A stretch of DNA of 58,227 bases. Origin: an uncultured Lachnospiraceae bacterium. GTDB taxonomy: Bacteria > Bacillota > Clostridia > Oscillospirales > CAG-272. The number at the start of each line of letters is the position of its first letter. Within the stretch, counting starts at the first letter, position 1. Under the pieces are notes generated by a model, which saw only the letters and a list, made by a program, of their open reading frames with translations, had not been told where the DNA came from and ran no database searches. This document shows, one piece after another, positions 25,510 through 36,399 of the stretch. The translations under genes and the position numbers were made by a program. Location: assembly GCA_964472845.1 (NCBI GenBank), contig CAYYND010000001.1:5427-63653 (forward strand), given 5' to 3'.

Positions 25510-28281
25510 TCAATAGCCGCGGCTTCTGTATCTCAGCTTCCAGATTATCTTTCTTGCCCATTCTATTGGGAAAACGCTCAGCGCGAGCATCATAGTGTAT
25601 TTTAGCTCATACAGTGTAAGCGGTGCCGTTCGCAGTACCGAGCCGCCAAGATAGACGAAAAGTATCTGGATCGTACATACCGCAAGCATAATGGTGATGA
25701 AGGTGGGATTTTTCGTAAGCCCGTTCAATGTATTCAGTCTGTCGGTCCTTGCATTGAAGCAGTTGAACACACCCGAGAAGATAAACAGAGCAAAAAATGC
25801 GGTAAGCACGTATATGCTGTCTTTATCGGTGCGGAAATGCACAAGGATATCGGGCGATATCAGAAAGGCAATAAGAAGTGCCAACGTGCCGCCACCGAGC
25901 AGAAGTATCTCATTTATCATATAGCGGTTTAAGATCGGCTCGTCACGACGCTTCGGGGGTTCCTTCATATAAATGTCAAGCGCGGGCTCTCCCGCAAAGG
26001 CGAGACCGCCGAGCGTATCCATAATTATGTTTATCCATAGCATCTGCACGACCGTGACGGGCTGATCTATTCCGATGAAAGGACCTATCATACACACGCC
26101 CACGGCGCAGAGATTCATAGTCAACTGTAAGACTATAAATTTGCGTATGCTTTTGAATATCGTTCTTCCGTATAGCACCGCCTTTACTATCGATGAAAGA
26201 TCGTTATCCAGAATGATGACATCTCCCGCGTCCTTGGCTACCTGAGTTCCGTCCCCCATTGCAAAGCCGACGTCGGCGTGGCGAAGTGCCGGCGCGTCAT
26301 TTATACCATCTCCCGTCATTCCAACCACAAGCCCGAGACCCTCGGCTATCTTAACGAGTCGGCTCTTGTCCGAGGGAAGGGCACGTGCAATAAGAGCTAA
26401 GCGAGGGAGCAATTCGGAGAGCTTTTCGTCGGATAACTTTGACATTTCTTCACTTGTGAGGCAAATGTTGCGTTCGCCTCGGATGATCCCGCATTTTGAT
26501 GCTATCTCGGAAGCCGTGTTCTTGCTGTCGCCCGTTATCATAACGACCTGTATACCCGCGTCTTGAAGCTTTCTTACGGCTTCGGGGGATTGCTTTCTCA
26601 GCGGATCGCGCAAAACTAACGCCGATGTAAGACGAAGCCGTCCCATCTTGCCTTGACGTATATCGTCGGTATCGTAATACGGATCCACCATTACCGCCAT
26701 AAGTATCACACGCGCGCCGTTTTCCGTCAGCTCGGAGAGCTTTGAGACAAAAGCTTTTTTGAAAAGACTGAACGGCGCGCTTTTTCCGTTCGCACATTCA
26801 CATTCCGTAATGTACGGGAGTATCATTTCGGGCGCACCTTTTACATAGGTGGCTTTGACCGAATTTGACGTGATCAGTACCGTGGCAGCTGAAAATTTGC
26901 GTTTGCTGTCAAACGGAAGCTTTTTCAGTATCTTGTATGAAGGCGCCTTGTACTTCGAGGATATCGCAGAATCGAGCACGGCTCGGTCGGTCGCATTTCC
27001 ACCAACGGCATGCCCGTCCGAGATCACAGCCGAATTGTTGCAGCGTGCGTTTGCTATGTAATCCGTTAAAGCGCGCCCGTCCGAAGGTAACGAAAACGCC
27101 GACGGAATACGCGAGAGATCTCCGAGTATGAGCTCATCTACGCGCATTTTGCCGCAGGTCAGGGTTCCCGTTTTGTCGGTGAAAAGTATATTCATACTTC
27201 CCGCCGCCTCAATTCCCACGGGCTTGCGTACGAGGACTTGGTCTTTTACCATCCTCTTGATATTTGAAGAGAGGACTACCGCTATCATCATTGGCAGACC
27301 TTCGGGTACTGCCATAACCACGACGGTAAGTCCGAGAGTGAAGGCACTGAGCAGTGTTGAAAAGAGATATCTGCGGTCGCAAAGCTTCAGAAGTATCACA
27401 TCTCTTGAAAATCCGCTGTCGAATATGAACGCATTGATGAGATACACCGCGGCAACGGATACCGCGGCGATATATCCGAGCGTACTTATCTGCTTGGCAA
27501 GTACGGTAAGTCGGATCTTGAGCGGACTCTGTCGTTTATTCTCCTGTATTTCAAGTGAGATCTTGCCGAGCGAGGTGTTATCTCCGACGCCCGTGACCGT
27601 CATCTCGCCCTCTCCGGAAACGACGACGCAACCTCCGCACATAGACGACGGTGCGCTCGGAGACTGCGAAGCGGAGCCTGATACGTATTTGCTTACCTCT
27701 CGTGTCTCGCCCGTGAGCGCCGATTGATCGACCGCCAATGAGCCGTATGTAAGTATACCGTCGGCGGGGATCTTTTCGCCTGCACTTAGTAAGACGATAT
27801 CTCCGCAGACGAGCTCCGAGGATGGCAAAACGGATATTTTGCCGTTTCTCCTTACGCGGCAATTTGAGGACGCGCACTGCTCGCTCAGCTTGTCAAATGC
27901 CGTCTCGCTTCCGTATTCGGATAAAGTAGAGATAAATGTCGCAAGAAATATCGATACCGCGATGCCTACGCTCTCTATCCAATCCGAGCCTTGAAACATA
28001 AATATGAGATTGACCGCAAGTGCACATATAAGTATCTTTATTATCGGATCGCCGAGATTTGATATGAAACGCCGAATAAAACTCGGCTTTTTTGCCTTTG
28101 CAAGTATATTACTGCCGTACAAGCGTCGGTTGCGCTCGACCTCTTCGTCGGTAAGTCCGTGCTCGCGCGGAGTACGAAGGAGCTTTTTATCTGCATGGAG
28201 TTTTTCATCTGCTTTTTCACTTGTATTTCTTTGAGCGGCAAAGCGGTCTTCGTTCTGCCGTGCTTTTTGCGCTTTCGTCAA
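25510..28281 (-). CDS. P-type ATPase, calcium-translocating (P2 type)
   Basis: DKTGTLT phosphorylation motif, TGDGINDAPAL hinge, and the N-terminal HGLTDEEVERNRRLYGSN cation-ATPase N domain. 923 aa. TTG start. Confidence 0.88.
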   Translation of the reverse strand: MTKAQKARQNEDRFAAQRNTSEKADEKLHADKKLLRTPREHGLTDEEVERNRRLYGSNILAKAKKPSFIRRFISNLGDPIIKILICALAVNLIFMFQGSDWIESVGIAVSIFLATFISTLSEYGSETAFDKLSEQCASSNCRVRRNGKISVLPSSELVCGDIVLLSAGEKIPADGILTYGSLAVDQSALTGETREVSKYVSGSASQSPSAPSSMCGGCVVVSGEGEMTVTGVGDNTSLGKISLEIQENKRQSPLKIRLTVLAKQISTLGYIAAVSVAAVYLINAFIFDSGFSRDVILLKLCDRRYLFSTLLSAFTLGLTVVVMAVPEGLPMMIAVVLSSNIKRMVKDQVLVRKPVGIEAAGSMNILFTDKTGTLTCGKMRVDELILGDLSRIPSAFSLPSDGRALTDYIANARCNNSAVISDGHAVGGNATDRAVLDSAISSKYKAPSYKILKKLPFDSKRKFSAATVLITSNSVKATYVKGAPEMILPYITECECANGKSAPFSLFKKAFVSKLSELTENGARVILMAVMVDPYYDTDDIRQGKMGRLRLTSALVLRDPLRKQSPEAVRKLQDAGIQVVMITGDSKNTASEIASKCGIIRGERNICLTSEEMSKLSDEKLSELLPRLALIARALPSDKSRLVKIAEGLGLVVGMTGDGINDAPALRHADVGFAMGDGTQVAKDAGDVIILDNDLSSIVKAVLYGRTIFKSIRKFIVLQLTMNLCAVGVCMIGPFIGIDQPVTVVQMLWINIIMDTLGGLAFAGEPALDIYMKEPPKRRDEPILNRYMINEILLLGGGTLALLIAFLISPDILVHFRTDKDSIYVLTAFFALFIFSGVFNCFNARTDRLNTLNGLTKNPTFITIMLAVCTIQILFVYLGGSVLRTAPLTLYELKYTMMLALSVFPIEWARKIIWKLRYRSRGY

Positions 28282-28492
28282 TTATACATCACCCCTTTTG
28301 ATATTTACGGTAGCGGTAATATATTATATTTTGAAAACGCCCGATATATTCAAAAGCTTTGCATCGGCTTTTTGAGTAAAGCAAAAAGCTCTTACTCAGG
28401 TCAACACAATTGACCGAATAAAAGCTTTTGTCTTAAATGGTTCGGCGGCTCAGCCGCTCTTTGATAGGAGGTGGCTGAGAAAAACCGCGGTT

Positions 28493-29590
28493 TTATTTTT
28501 CAAAATATCCGAGTCTGTAAAGCAGCTCCGCACTGAGAAGCGCACCGCCTGCCGCACCCCTGAGAGTGTTGTGCGAGAGTCCGACAAATTTGTAATCGAA
28601 GAGTGTGTCCTCGCGAAGTCTGCCTGCGCATACGCCCATACCACCGTAAATATCGCGGTCAAGAGCCGCCTGCGGACGGTTGTCTTCCTCAAAATATGTT
28701 ACGAACTGTAGGGGAGCGTGGGGAAGCTCAAGCTCCTGCGGCTTGCCCTTGAATTCCGCCCAGGCATTGAGTATCTGCTCTTTTGTGGGCTTACGCTTGA
28801 AGCTTATGAACACTGCCGCCGTGTGACCGTTTGTTACGGGCACGCGAATGCATTGCGTGGTAATGAGAGGGGACTTGGCATTTACGATCTTGCCGCTTTC
28901 GACCTTTCCCCAGACCTTGAGCGGCTCAAGCTCGCTCTTTTCTTCCTCTCCGCCTATGTAGGGAATGATATTGTCCGTCATTTCGGGCCATTCTCTGAAT
29001 GTTTTGCCCGCGCCCGAGATGGCTTGATATGTAGTAACCACGATCTTGGTCGGTTCAAACTGCATAAGGGGCGTGATCATTGGAACATACGACTGAATTG
29101 AGCAGTTCGGCTTTACCACGATAAAACCGTGCTTTGTGCCGAGACGTTTTCTTTGTGCTTCAATGACTTCAAAGTGACTGTCGTTTATCTCGGGAATTAC
29201 CATAGGCACGTCCTCTTTGCCTCTGTTTGCCGAGTTGTTTGAAACGACGGGTATCTCGTGCTTCGCATAGCTCTCTTCAAGTGCTACAATGTCCGGCTTC
29301 TTCATATCGACCGCGCAGAATACGAGATCGACGAGCGGAGCCACCTCATCTACCTTTGAGGCATCGTATACCGTCATATTTCTGAATTCTTCGGGCATGG
29401 GGGTCTCGAGCTTCCATCTTCCGCCGAGCGCTTCCTCGTAGGTTTTGCCTGCCGAGCGCGGGGATGCCGCGAGTACCGTTACTTCAAAGTAAGGATGTCC
29501 TGAAAGAAGTGATAGAAATCTCTGTCCTACCATTCCCGTAGCGCCTATAACGCCGACTCTTTTTTTGTTTGTGATCTTGCAATCGTTCAT
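28493..29590 (-). CDS. asd: aspartate-semialdehyde dehydrogenase (archaeal/fungal-type branch)
   Basis: KRVGVIGATGMVGQRF Rossmann motif, NCSIQ active-site Cys region, and the AAGGALL tail. I chose the ATG at 29590, behind ggaagga. The longer ORF to 29800 overlaps rsmI. Confidence 0.88.
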   Translation of the reverse strand: MNDCKITNKKRVGVIGATGMVGQRFLSLLSGHPYFEVTVLAASPRSAGKTYEEALGGRWKLETPMPEEFRNMTVYDASKVDEVAPLVDLVFCAVDMKKPDIVALEESYAKHEIPVVSNNSANRGKEDVPMVIPEINDSHFEVIEAQRKRLGTKHGFIVVKPNCSIQSYVPMITPLMQFEPTKIVVTTYQAISGAGKTFREWPEMTDNIIPYIGGEEEKSELEPLKVWGKVESGKIVNAKSPLITTQCIRVPVTNGHTAAVFISFKRKPTKEQILNAWAEFKGKPQELELPHAPLQFVTYFEEDNRPQAALDRDIYGGMGVCAGRLREDTLFDYKFVGLSHNTLRGAAGGALLSAELLYRLGYFEK

Positions 29591-29637
29591 AGTTGTGTTC
29601 CTTCCGTATATTTGTTGCATAGAATTGTAAAGTGTGT

Positions 29638-30561
29638 TTATCTGTCGTTGCGTGTTACGGTTGCTTTTTTGCGCTTTTTTTGACAGTCGGCAACCTCTTT
29701 GTACACGACATTTTTTGCCAATCCGCGTTCCTTGGCAACGGTCTTTATAGCCTCCATCTTTTCCATACCGGCGTCTATATACGCATTGACCTGCTCGCAT
29801 ACGGAAAGCTCGGTCTCACCGCTTGACTCCGACCTCGGAACGTATCCTTCTGTCACAAGAACGTATTCTCCGCGCGGCTCGTTGTTCTCATAATATGCAA
29901 CGGCGTCGCCGAATGTGGTATGTATGATCTCCTCGTTGAGCTTTGTTAGCTCGCGGCAGAGAGTCACACGTCGATCTGTACCGAATACGCGGCAAAGATC
30001 CTCGAGGGTTCGCCGAAGCTTGTGCGGAGCTTCGTAAAATATCATAGTCCTTTCCTCGTGAATGAGCGAAGCGAGTCTGCTTCTGCGTTCGTTTTTGTTG
30101 TACGAGAGAAATCCCTCAAAACAAAATCTTCCCGTGGGCAGAGCCGAAAGCGTAAGTGCTGTTATTGCGGCACACGCACCCGGTATCGATGTCACCGTTA
30201 TGCCTTTTTCAGCGCAAAGCTTGACTATATCGGCACCCGGATCGGATATCGCGGGAGTGCCTGCATCGGTTATGAGCGCACAGCTCTCGCCGCTTTGAAG
30301 TCTTTCGGCTATCTCCTCGCCGCGCTCGCGCTTGTTGTATTCGTGATAAGAGACGAGCGGCTTTTGTATTCCGAGATGCGTAAGCATATGAACCGAGTTC
30401 CTTGTATCCTCCGCGGCTATAAAGCTGACCTCGGAAAGCACTTTTATTGCGCGTTCGGAAATGTCGGAGAGGTTTCCGATCGGAGTTGCTACGAGGTAAA
30501 GAACACCGTCCTCGACCTTGTTCTTTTCACTTTTTGTGTTTGTCAGCTTGTAACTGCTCAT
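29638..30561 (-). CDS. rsmI: 16S rRNA (cytidine1402-2'-O)-methyltransferase
   Basis: LYLVATPIGNLSDISERAIKVLSEVSFIAAEDTR is the RsmI N-terminal signature. It has a basic C-terminal extension. Confidence 0.88.
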   Translation of the reverse strand: MSSYKLTNTKSEKNKVEDGVLYLVATPIGNLSDISERAIKVLSEVSFIAAEDTRNSVHMLTHLGIQKPLVSYHEYNKRERGEEIAERLQSGESCALITDAGTPAISDPGADIVKLCAEKGITVTSIPGACAAITALTLSALPTGRFCFEGFLSYNKNERRSRLASLIHEERTMIFYEAPHKLRRTLEDLCRVFGTDRRVTLCRELTKLNEEIIHTTFGDAVAYYENNEPRGEYVLVTEGYVPRSESSGETELSVCEQVNAYIDAGMEKMEAIKTVAKERGLAKNVVYKEVADCQKKRKKATVTRNDR

Positions 30562-30698
30562 CTTTTTGTTCCTTTCTTTTCAGCCGATCGTACGGCTGCG
30601 GTGTCTGTCTCCATTCTCTGCCTTATTCTCTGTCAAAATGTGTGTGTTCAGCATAAACTGATTTTGACACGAGACAATATAAGAAAGGGAATTTCGGT

Positions 30699-31268
30699 AT
30701 GGCATATAAAATTTACATAGATCAAGGACATAATCCCGTCAACCCGAACGCAGGTGCTGAGGGGAATGGACTGCGCGAGCAGGATCTTGTACAGAGGATC
30801 GGTGTCGAGCTCGCGGAGCTCCTTGAAAGCAACGAAAATTTTGAGGTCCGACTTTCAAGACCTACTGCGGATACTCAGCTCGGCACTTCAACGGGAACGA
30901 GCCTCGCCGCTCGCGTCAATGAAGCGAACAGTTGGGGAGCGGACTATTTCATAAGCTTGCACACCAACGCCTCGTCAAATGCACAGGCATCCGGAAGCGA
31001 GGGCTTTGCATTTTCGCAGAGCAGCGCGGGATTTGCGCTCGGAGAGGATATCCTCTATTGGTTGAACCGAGAGACGGGACTGCGAAACCGCGGAATGGCG
31101 AGCCGCCCCGGATTGTATATCCTTCGCCGCACGCAGATGCCTGCGGTTCTGATCGAGCTCGGATTTATTACCAACAGAGGCGATGCGTCCCTTATGCAAG
31201 GCTCTCCCGAGCTGTTTGCGGAAGGAGTATACAACGGTATACTTGATTATCTCGGATTTATTTCTTGA
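30699..31268 (+). CDS. N-acetylmuramoyl-L-alanine amidase (Amidase_3 domain only, no signal peptide)
   Basis: IYIDQGHNP...ADYFISLHTNAS...PAVLIELGFITN (Zn ligand pattern of the CwlD/AmiC type). Confidence 0.8.
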   Translation: MAYKIYIDQGHNPVNPNAGAEGNGLREQDLVQRIGVELAELLESNENFEVRLSRPTADTQLGTSTGTSLAARVNEANSWGADYFISLHTNASSNAQASGSEGFAFSQSSAGFALGEDILYWLNRETGLRNRGMASRPGLYILRRTQMPAVLIELGFITNRGDASLMQGSPELFAEGVYNGILDYLGFIS

Positions 31269-31277
31269 GGTATACGT

Positions 31278-33323
<2,046 letters not shown>

Positions 33324-33436
33324 TTATCTCTCATTTTGGGATAATAATATATATGATATCACAAAAAGGTCTCCGTGTCAATAATAATAACTGCGAAAAT
33401 TGATATCCTCTGTGTCAAAATGATGTTTAAAATATA

Positions 33437-33465
33437 TTGACAAAATTGTGTTTGAATGGTATAAT
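33437..33465 (+). promoter_or_regulatory. consensus extended -10 sigma-A promoter of the CaCA genes
   Basis: ttgaca-N17-tataat with TGg immediately upstream of the -10. About 100-nt leader before the ATG at 33569. Confidence 0.7.
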
Positions 33466-33568
33466 TACAAGCAAATATGATCTATTTGTATATCTAACAG
33501 CTTTGCGTGGGGCTGTCTATTTGTTTTTGCCTTTCGCGCGGCTTTATTTTTTATCGGAGGTGTTTTTG

Positions 33569-34561
33569 ATGGAATATGTATTGCTTATCGTGGGCTTTGC
33601 ACTTTTGATCAAAGGAGCCGATCTGTTTGTCGACGGAAGCTCGGCTATTGCCAAGCTTTTAAAGGTGCCGTCGATCATTATAGGTCTTACCGTTGTTGCG
33701 CTCGGGACGAGCCTTCCCGAGGCTTCTATAAGCATCAATGCCGCGATCCTGGGGCAGAACAGCTTGGCACTCAGCAATGTTCTCGGCTCAAATATCCTTA
33801 ATCTTCTCGTCGTTCTGGGCGCAAGTGCGTTGCTTTGCCCCGTTCGTGCCGGCGACGGTGTCATAAAGAAGGAGATACCATACAATATTCTGATAACCGC
33901 GGTGCTGTTTGTGTGCCTTATTTGCGGTATGACGACAGACAGCGAAAACGTGTGGGCGGCTGTCGTAGGTCAAGAGTCTGCCTTTACGCTCGGACGCATC
34001 TGCGGAATTATTCTGCTTCTGCTTTTTGCTTTCTATCTCTTTATGCAGATAAAAGGCGCGCTCAAGGCAAGAGAGGCGAATCGTGATCTCGATGGTGCGG
34101 ACGACGGCAAGAAGATCTCGCTTTGGAAGTCATTGATATTTATCGTTATCGGTGCCGTTGCCATAATTTTCGGCGGCGATATCGTTGTTGACAGCGCATC
34201 AAAGATAGCCGAGACCCTGGGAATGAGCGAAACTCTGATCGGACTTACCATAGTTTCTATGGGAACATCTCTGCCCGAGCTCGTTACCTCGGTGGTTGCC
34301 GCAAGGAAGGGCGAGAGCGATCTCGCGCTCGGAAACGCTATCGGCTCATCAATATTCAATATCCTGTTTATTCTCGGTGCAAGCGCGGCAATATCTCCGA
34401 TCACGGTCGGAGTCTCGGCAATATACGATACGCTTATTCTGATAGTCTTTAGCCTGCTTACGTGGGTATTTGCCGCAACGAAAAAGAAGATCTCACGTAC
34501 CGAGGGTGGTATTATGCTTCTTGCATACGCCGCATATCTTGCGTATATCATTATAAGATAA
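33569..34561 (+). CDS. calcium/cation antiporter (CaCA family, YrbG-like), copy 1
   Basis: The two alpha-repeats GLTVVALGTSLPEA and GLTIVSMGTSLPELV are diagnostic. ATG behind ggaggtg. Confidence 0.88.
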   Translation: MEYVLLIVGFALLIKGADLFVDGSSAIAKLLKVPSIIIGLTVVALGTSLPEASISINAAILGQNSLALSNVLGSNILNLLVVLGASALLCPVRAGDGVIKKEIPYNILITAVLFVCLICGMTTDSENVWAAVVGQESAFTLGRICGIILLLLFAFYLFMQIKGALKAREANRDLDGADDGKKISLWKSLIFIVIGAVAIIFGGDIVVDSASKIAETLGMSETLIGLTIVSMGTSLPELVTSVVAARKGESDLALGNAIGSSIFNILFILGASAAISPITVGVSAIYDTLILIVFSLLTWVFAATKKKISRTEGGIMLLAYAAYLAYIIIR

Positions 34562-34621
34562 ATATATTTTAATGTTAAAACGAAAGGAAGCCTTTTGTAA
34601 TTAAGGCTTAAGGTGACAGCT

Positions 34622-35617
34622 ATGGAATATGTATGGTTGATCGTCGGCTTCGTGCTTCTGATCAAGGGAGCGGATTTCTTTGTTGACGGAAGCTCGGATA
34701 TAGCAAAATTTTTCAAGGTACCGTCGATAATCATAGGGCTGACGATAGTTGCCTTCGGCACGAGTATGCCCGAGGCGTCGGTCAGTATCAATGCCGCTAT
34801 CGCGGGCGCTAACGACATTGCCGTCAGCAATGTTCTCGGTTCAAATATTTTCAATCTTCTCGTCGTGCTCGGCGCGAGCGCTTTGCTTTGTCCCGTAAAG
34901 GTACATAGCGGCTCGGTAAAAAAAGAATTTCCTTTCTCGATACTTATCACCGTCGTGCTCGCAGTGCTTTTGGCTGTCGGATATACCGCGGTAACTCCCG
35001 TCGGTTCTGAGACGAGTATATTTGACAACATCGCAAGCGGCAATGCGGCATTCGTGCTTGGACGTATCGGCGGAATAGTGCTTTTGGCACTGTTTGCATT
35101 CTATATGTTCTGGCAGATCAGAGATGCGCTTAAGGCAAGACAAGAGGATAACGCCACGGAGCAAGAGCATATATCTATCGTCAAGGCGATAATAATGATA
35201 GTGGGCGGCGCGGTCGCTATCATATTCGGCGGAAATCTCGTCGTAGACAGCGCAAAAACCATCGCTTCAAATTTCGGTATGAGTGACACCTTGATCGGAC
35301 TTACGATAGTTGCTATCGGAACCTCGCTTCCCGAGCTCGTTACCTCAATGGTAGCCGCTCGCAAGGGAGAGAGCGACATCGCACTCGGCAACGTAATAGG
35401 CTCGAACATATTCAACATCATATTCATTTTGGGTATAAGCTCAGCTATTTTGCCCATCACGGTGGATATCCTCGCCTTATACGATACGCTCATACTTATT
35501 GCCGTAAGCATCGTGTGCCTCATCTTTGCAAGAACTAAGCATAAGGTGTCGCGCATCGAGGGACTTATAATGGTTCTTATGTACGTTGCTTATTCCGCAT
35601 ACATAATCATAAGATGA
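34622..35617 (+). CDS. calcium/cation antiporter (CaCA family), copy 2 (tandem paralog)
   Basis: GLTIVAFGTSMPEA and GLTIVAIGTSLPELV. The N-terminal ~120 aa are highly similar by eye to copy 1. Confidence 0.88.
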   Translation: MEYVWLIVGFVLLIKGADFFVDGSSDIAKFFKVPSIIIGLTIVAFGTSMPEASVSINAAIAGANDIAVSNVLGSNIFNLLVVLGASALLCPVKVHSGSVKKEFPFSILITVVLAVLLAVGYTAVTPVGSETSIFDNIASGNAAFVLGRIGGIVLLALFAFYMFWQIRDALKARQEDNATEQEHISIVKAIIMIVGGAVAIIFGGNLVVDSAKTIASNFGMSDTLIGLTIVAIGTSLPELVTSMVAARKGESDIALGNVIGSNIFNIIFILGISSAILPITVDILALYDTLILIAVSIVCLIFARTKHKVSRIEGLIMVLMYVAYSAYIIIR

Positions 35618-35645
35618 TCCGCTTACTTTAACAGATGAAATATTA

Positions 35646-35683
35646 ACGCCGCACGGTCAGTTTAAGATCCGTGCGGCGTTTTT
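35646..35683 (+). terminator. rho-independent terminator between the convergent CaCA-2 and ECF S-component genes
   Basis: acgccgcacgg ... ccgtgcggcgt stem followed by tttt. Confidence 0.8.
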
Positions 35684-35703
35684 GTATGAAAGCTTTGAAT
35701 ATC

Positions 35704-36399
35704 TCATACCCCGTATTTTATTTTGATCCTTTGAAGTTTATCTCCAAACGGCTTTGAAAGGCAGAGCAAAAACAGGAAATTTGAGACCGTATAAAGTGCC
35801 GTATGAGGCAGTGCGGTTATTATTGCCGAAAGATACAGAGCCGTGTCAAACCCGTCGTTATACCACAGTACCGTCCATACATCCATTATTAACGAGAAGG
35901 CGATCCCCGAAAGGACACCGAATATCAACAAAAACAGCTTGCTTTTTTTCAGCGGTTTTGCGAGCGCTCCGGCGGCAAGCCCGATAAGCCCCCAGGAAAG
36001 CATCTGAAACGGAGTCCAAGGTCCTTGCCTGAAATAAAAATTCGATATAAGCGCCGAAAAAGCTCCCACGGCAAATCCCGCTTCGCCACCGAGATATATG
36101 GCGGTTATCACGGTCAGCGCCGTTACGGGCTTGAAAAACGGTATGAAGCGTCCCGCGACGGATAATGCGGTCATAATCGAAACTATAACTGTCCTTCGTG
36201 TTCCGATCTCTTTCTTTTCAAATCCGATCACAAACAGGATGATCGTAAGAATGGCTATAAAGAGCGACACAAAAAGATGCTTTTTTTCGTCGAAAACGAG
36301 AGTGCCCATAACTGCCGCAGAGGGGATCATTATAAGCGGTACAAGTATTTTAAGGGCTTTTCGGACACCGTGGCTCTTAATTACCGTCATTGCCGTCAT
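35704..36399 (-). CDS. ECF transporter S component (substrate-binding integral membrane protein). I cannot assign the family by eye.
   Basis: 231 aa with about 6 TM segments. It is the last gene of the ECF module and overlaps the ATPase gene by 23 nt. Confidence 0.6.
   Translation of the reverse strand: MTAMTVIKSHGVRKALKILVPLIMIPSAAVMGTLVFDEKKHLFVSLFIAILTIILFVIGFEKKEIGTRRTVIVSIMTALSVAGRFIPFFKPVTALTVITAIYLGGEAGFAVGAFSALISNFYFRQGPWTPFQMLSWGLIGLAAGALAKPLKKSKLFLLIFGVLSGIAFSLIMDVWTVLWYNDGFDTALYLSAIITALPHTALYTVSNFLFLLCLSKPFGDKLQRIKIKYGV

Noticed and set aside
28365-28460. Several short palindromes between the Ca-ATPase start and the asd stop, considered as asd terminators or a regulatory RNA
   Set aside because: None is followed by a T-run on the relevant strand, and the stems are short or A/T-only. 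I could not assign a function.
29591-29800. N-terminal extension of the asd ORF
   Set aside because: It overlaps the rsmI 3' end and is Arg/Lys-rich junk. The Rossmann motif begins right after the ATG at 29590, which has an SD.
33466-33568. yybP-ykoY (Mn2+) or other metal riboswitch in the CaCA leader
   Set aside because: The conserved GGGGAGTAG-type core is absent, and only generic GC segments are seen. I kept it as an open question inside the CaCA finding.
34033-35043. 336-aa ORF on the minus strand
   Set aside because: It is antisense to the two CaCA genes and has no SD. Its low-complexity Ser/Ile/Ala-rich composition marks it as a shadow ORF.
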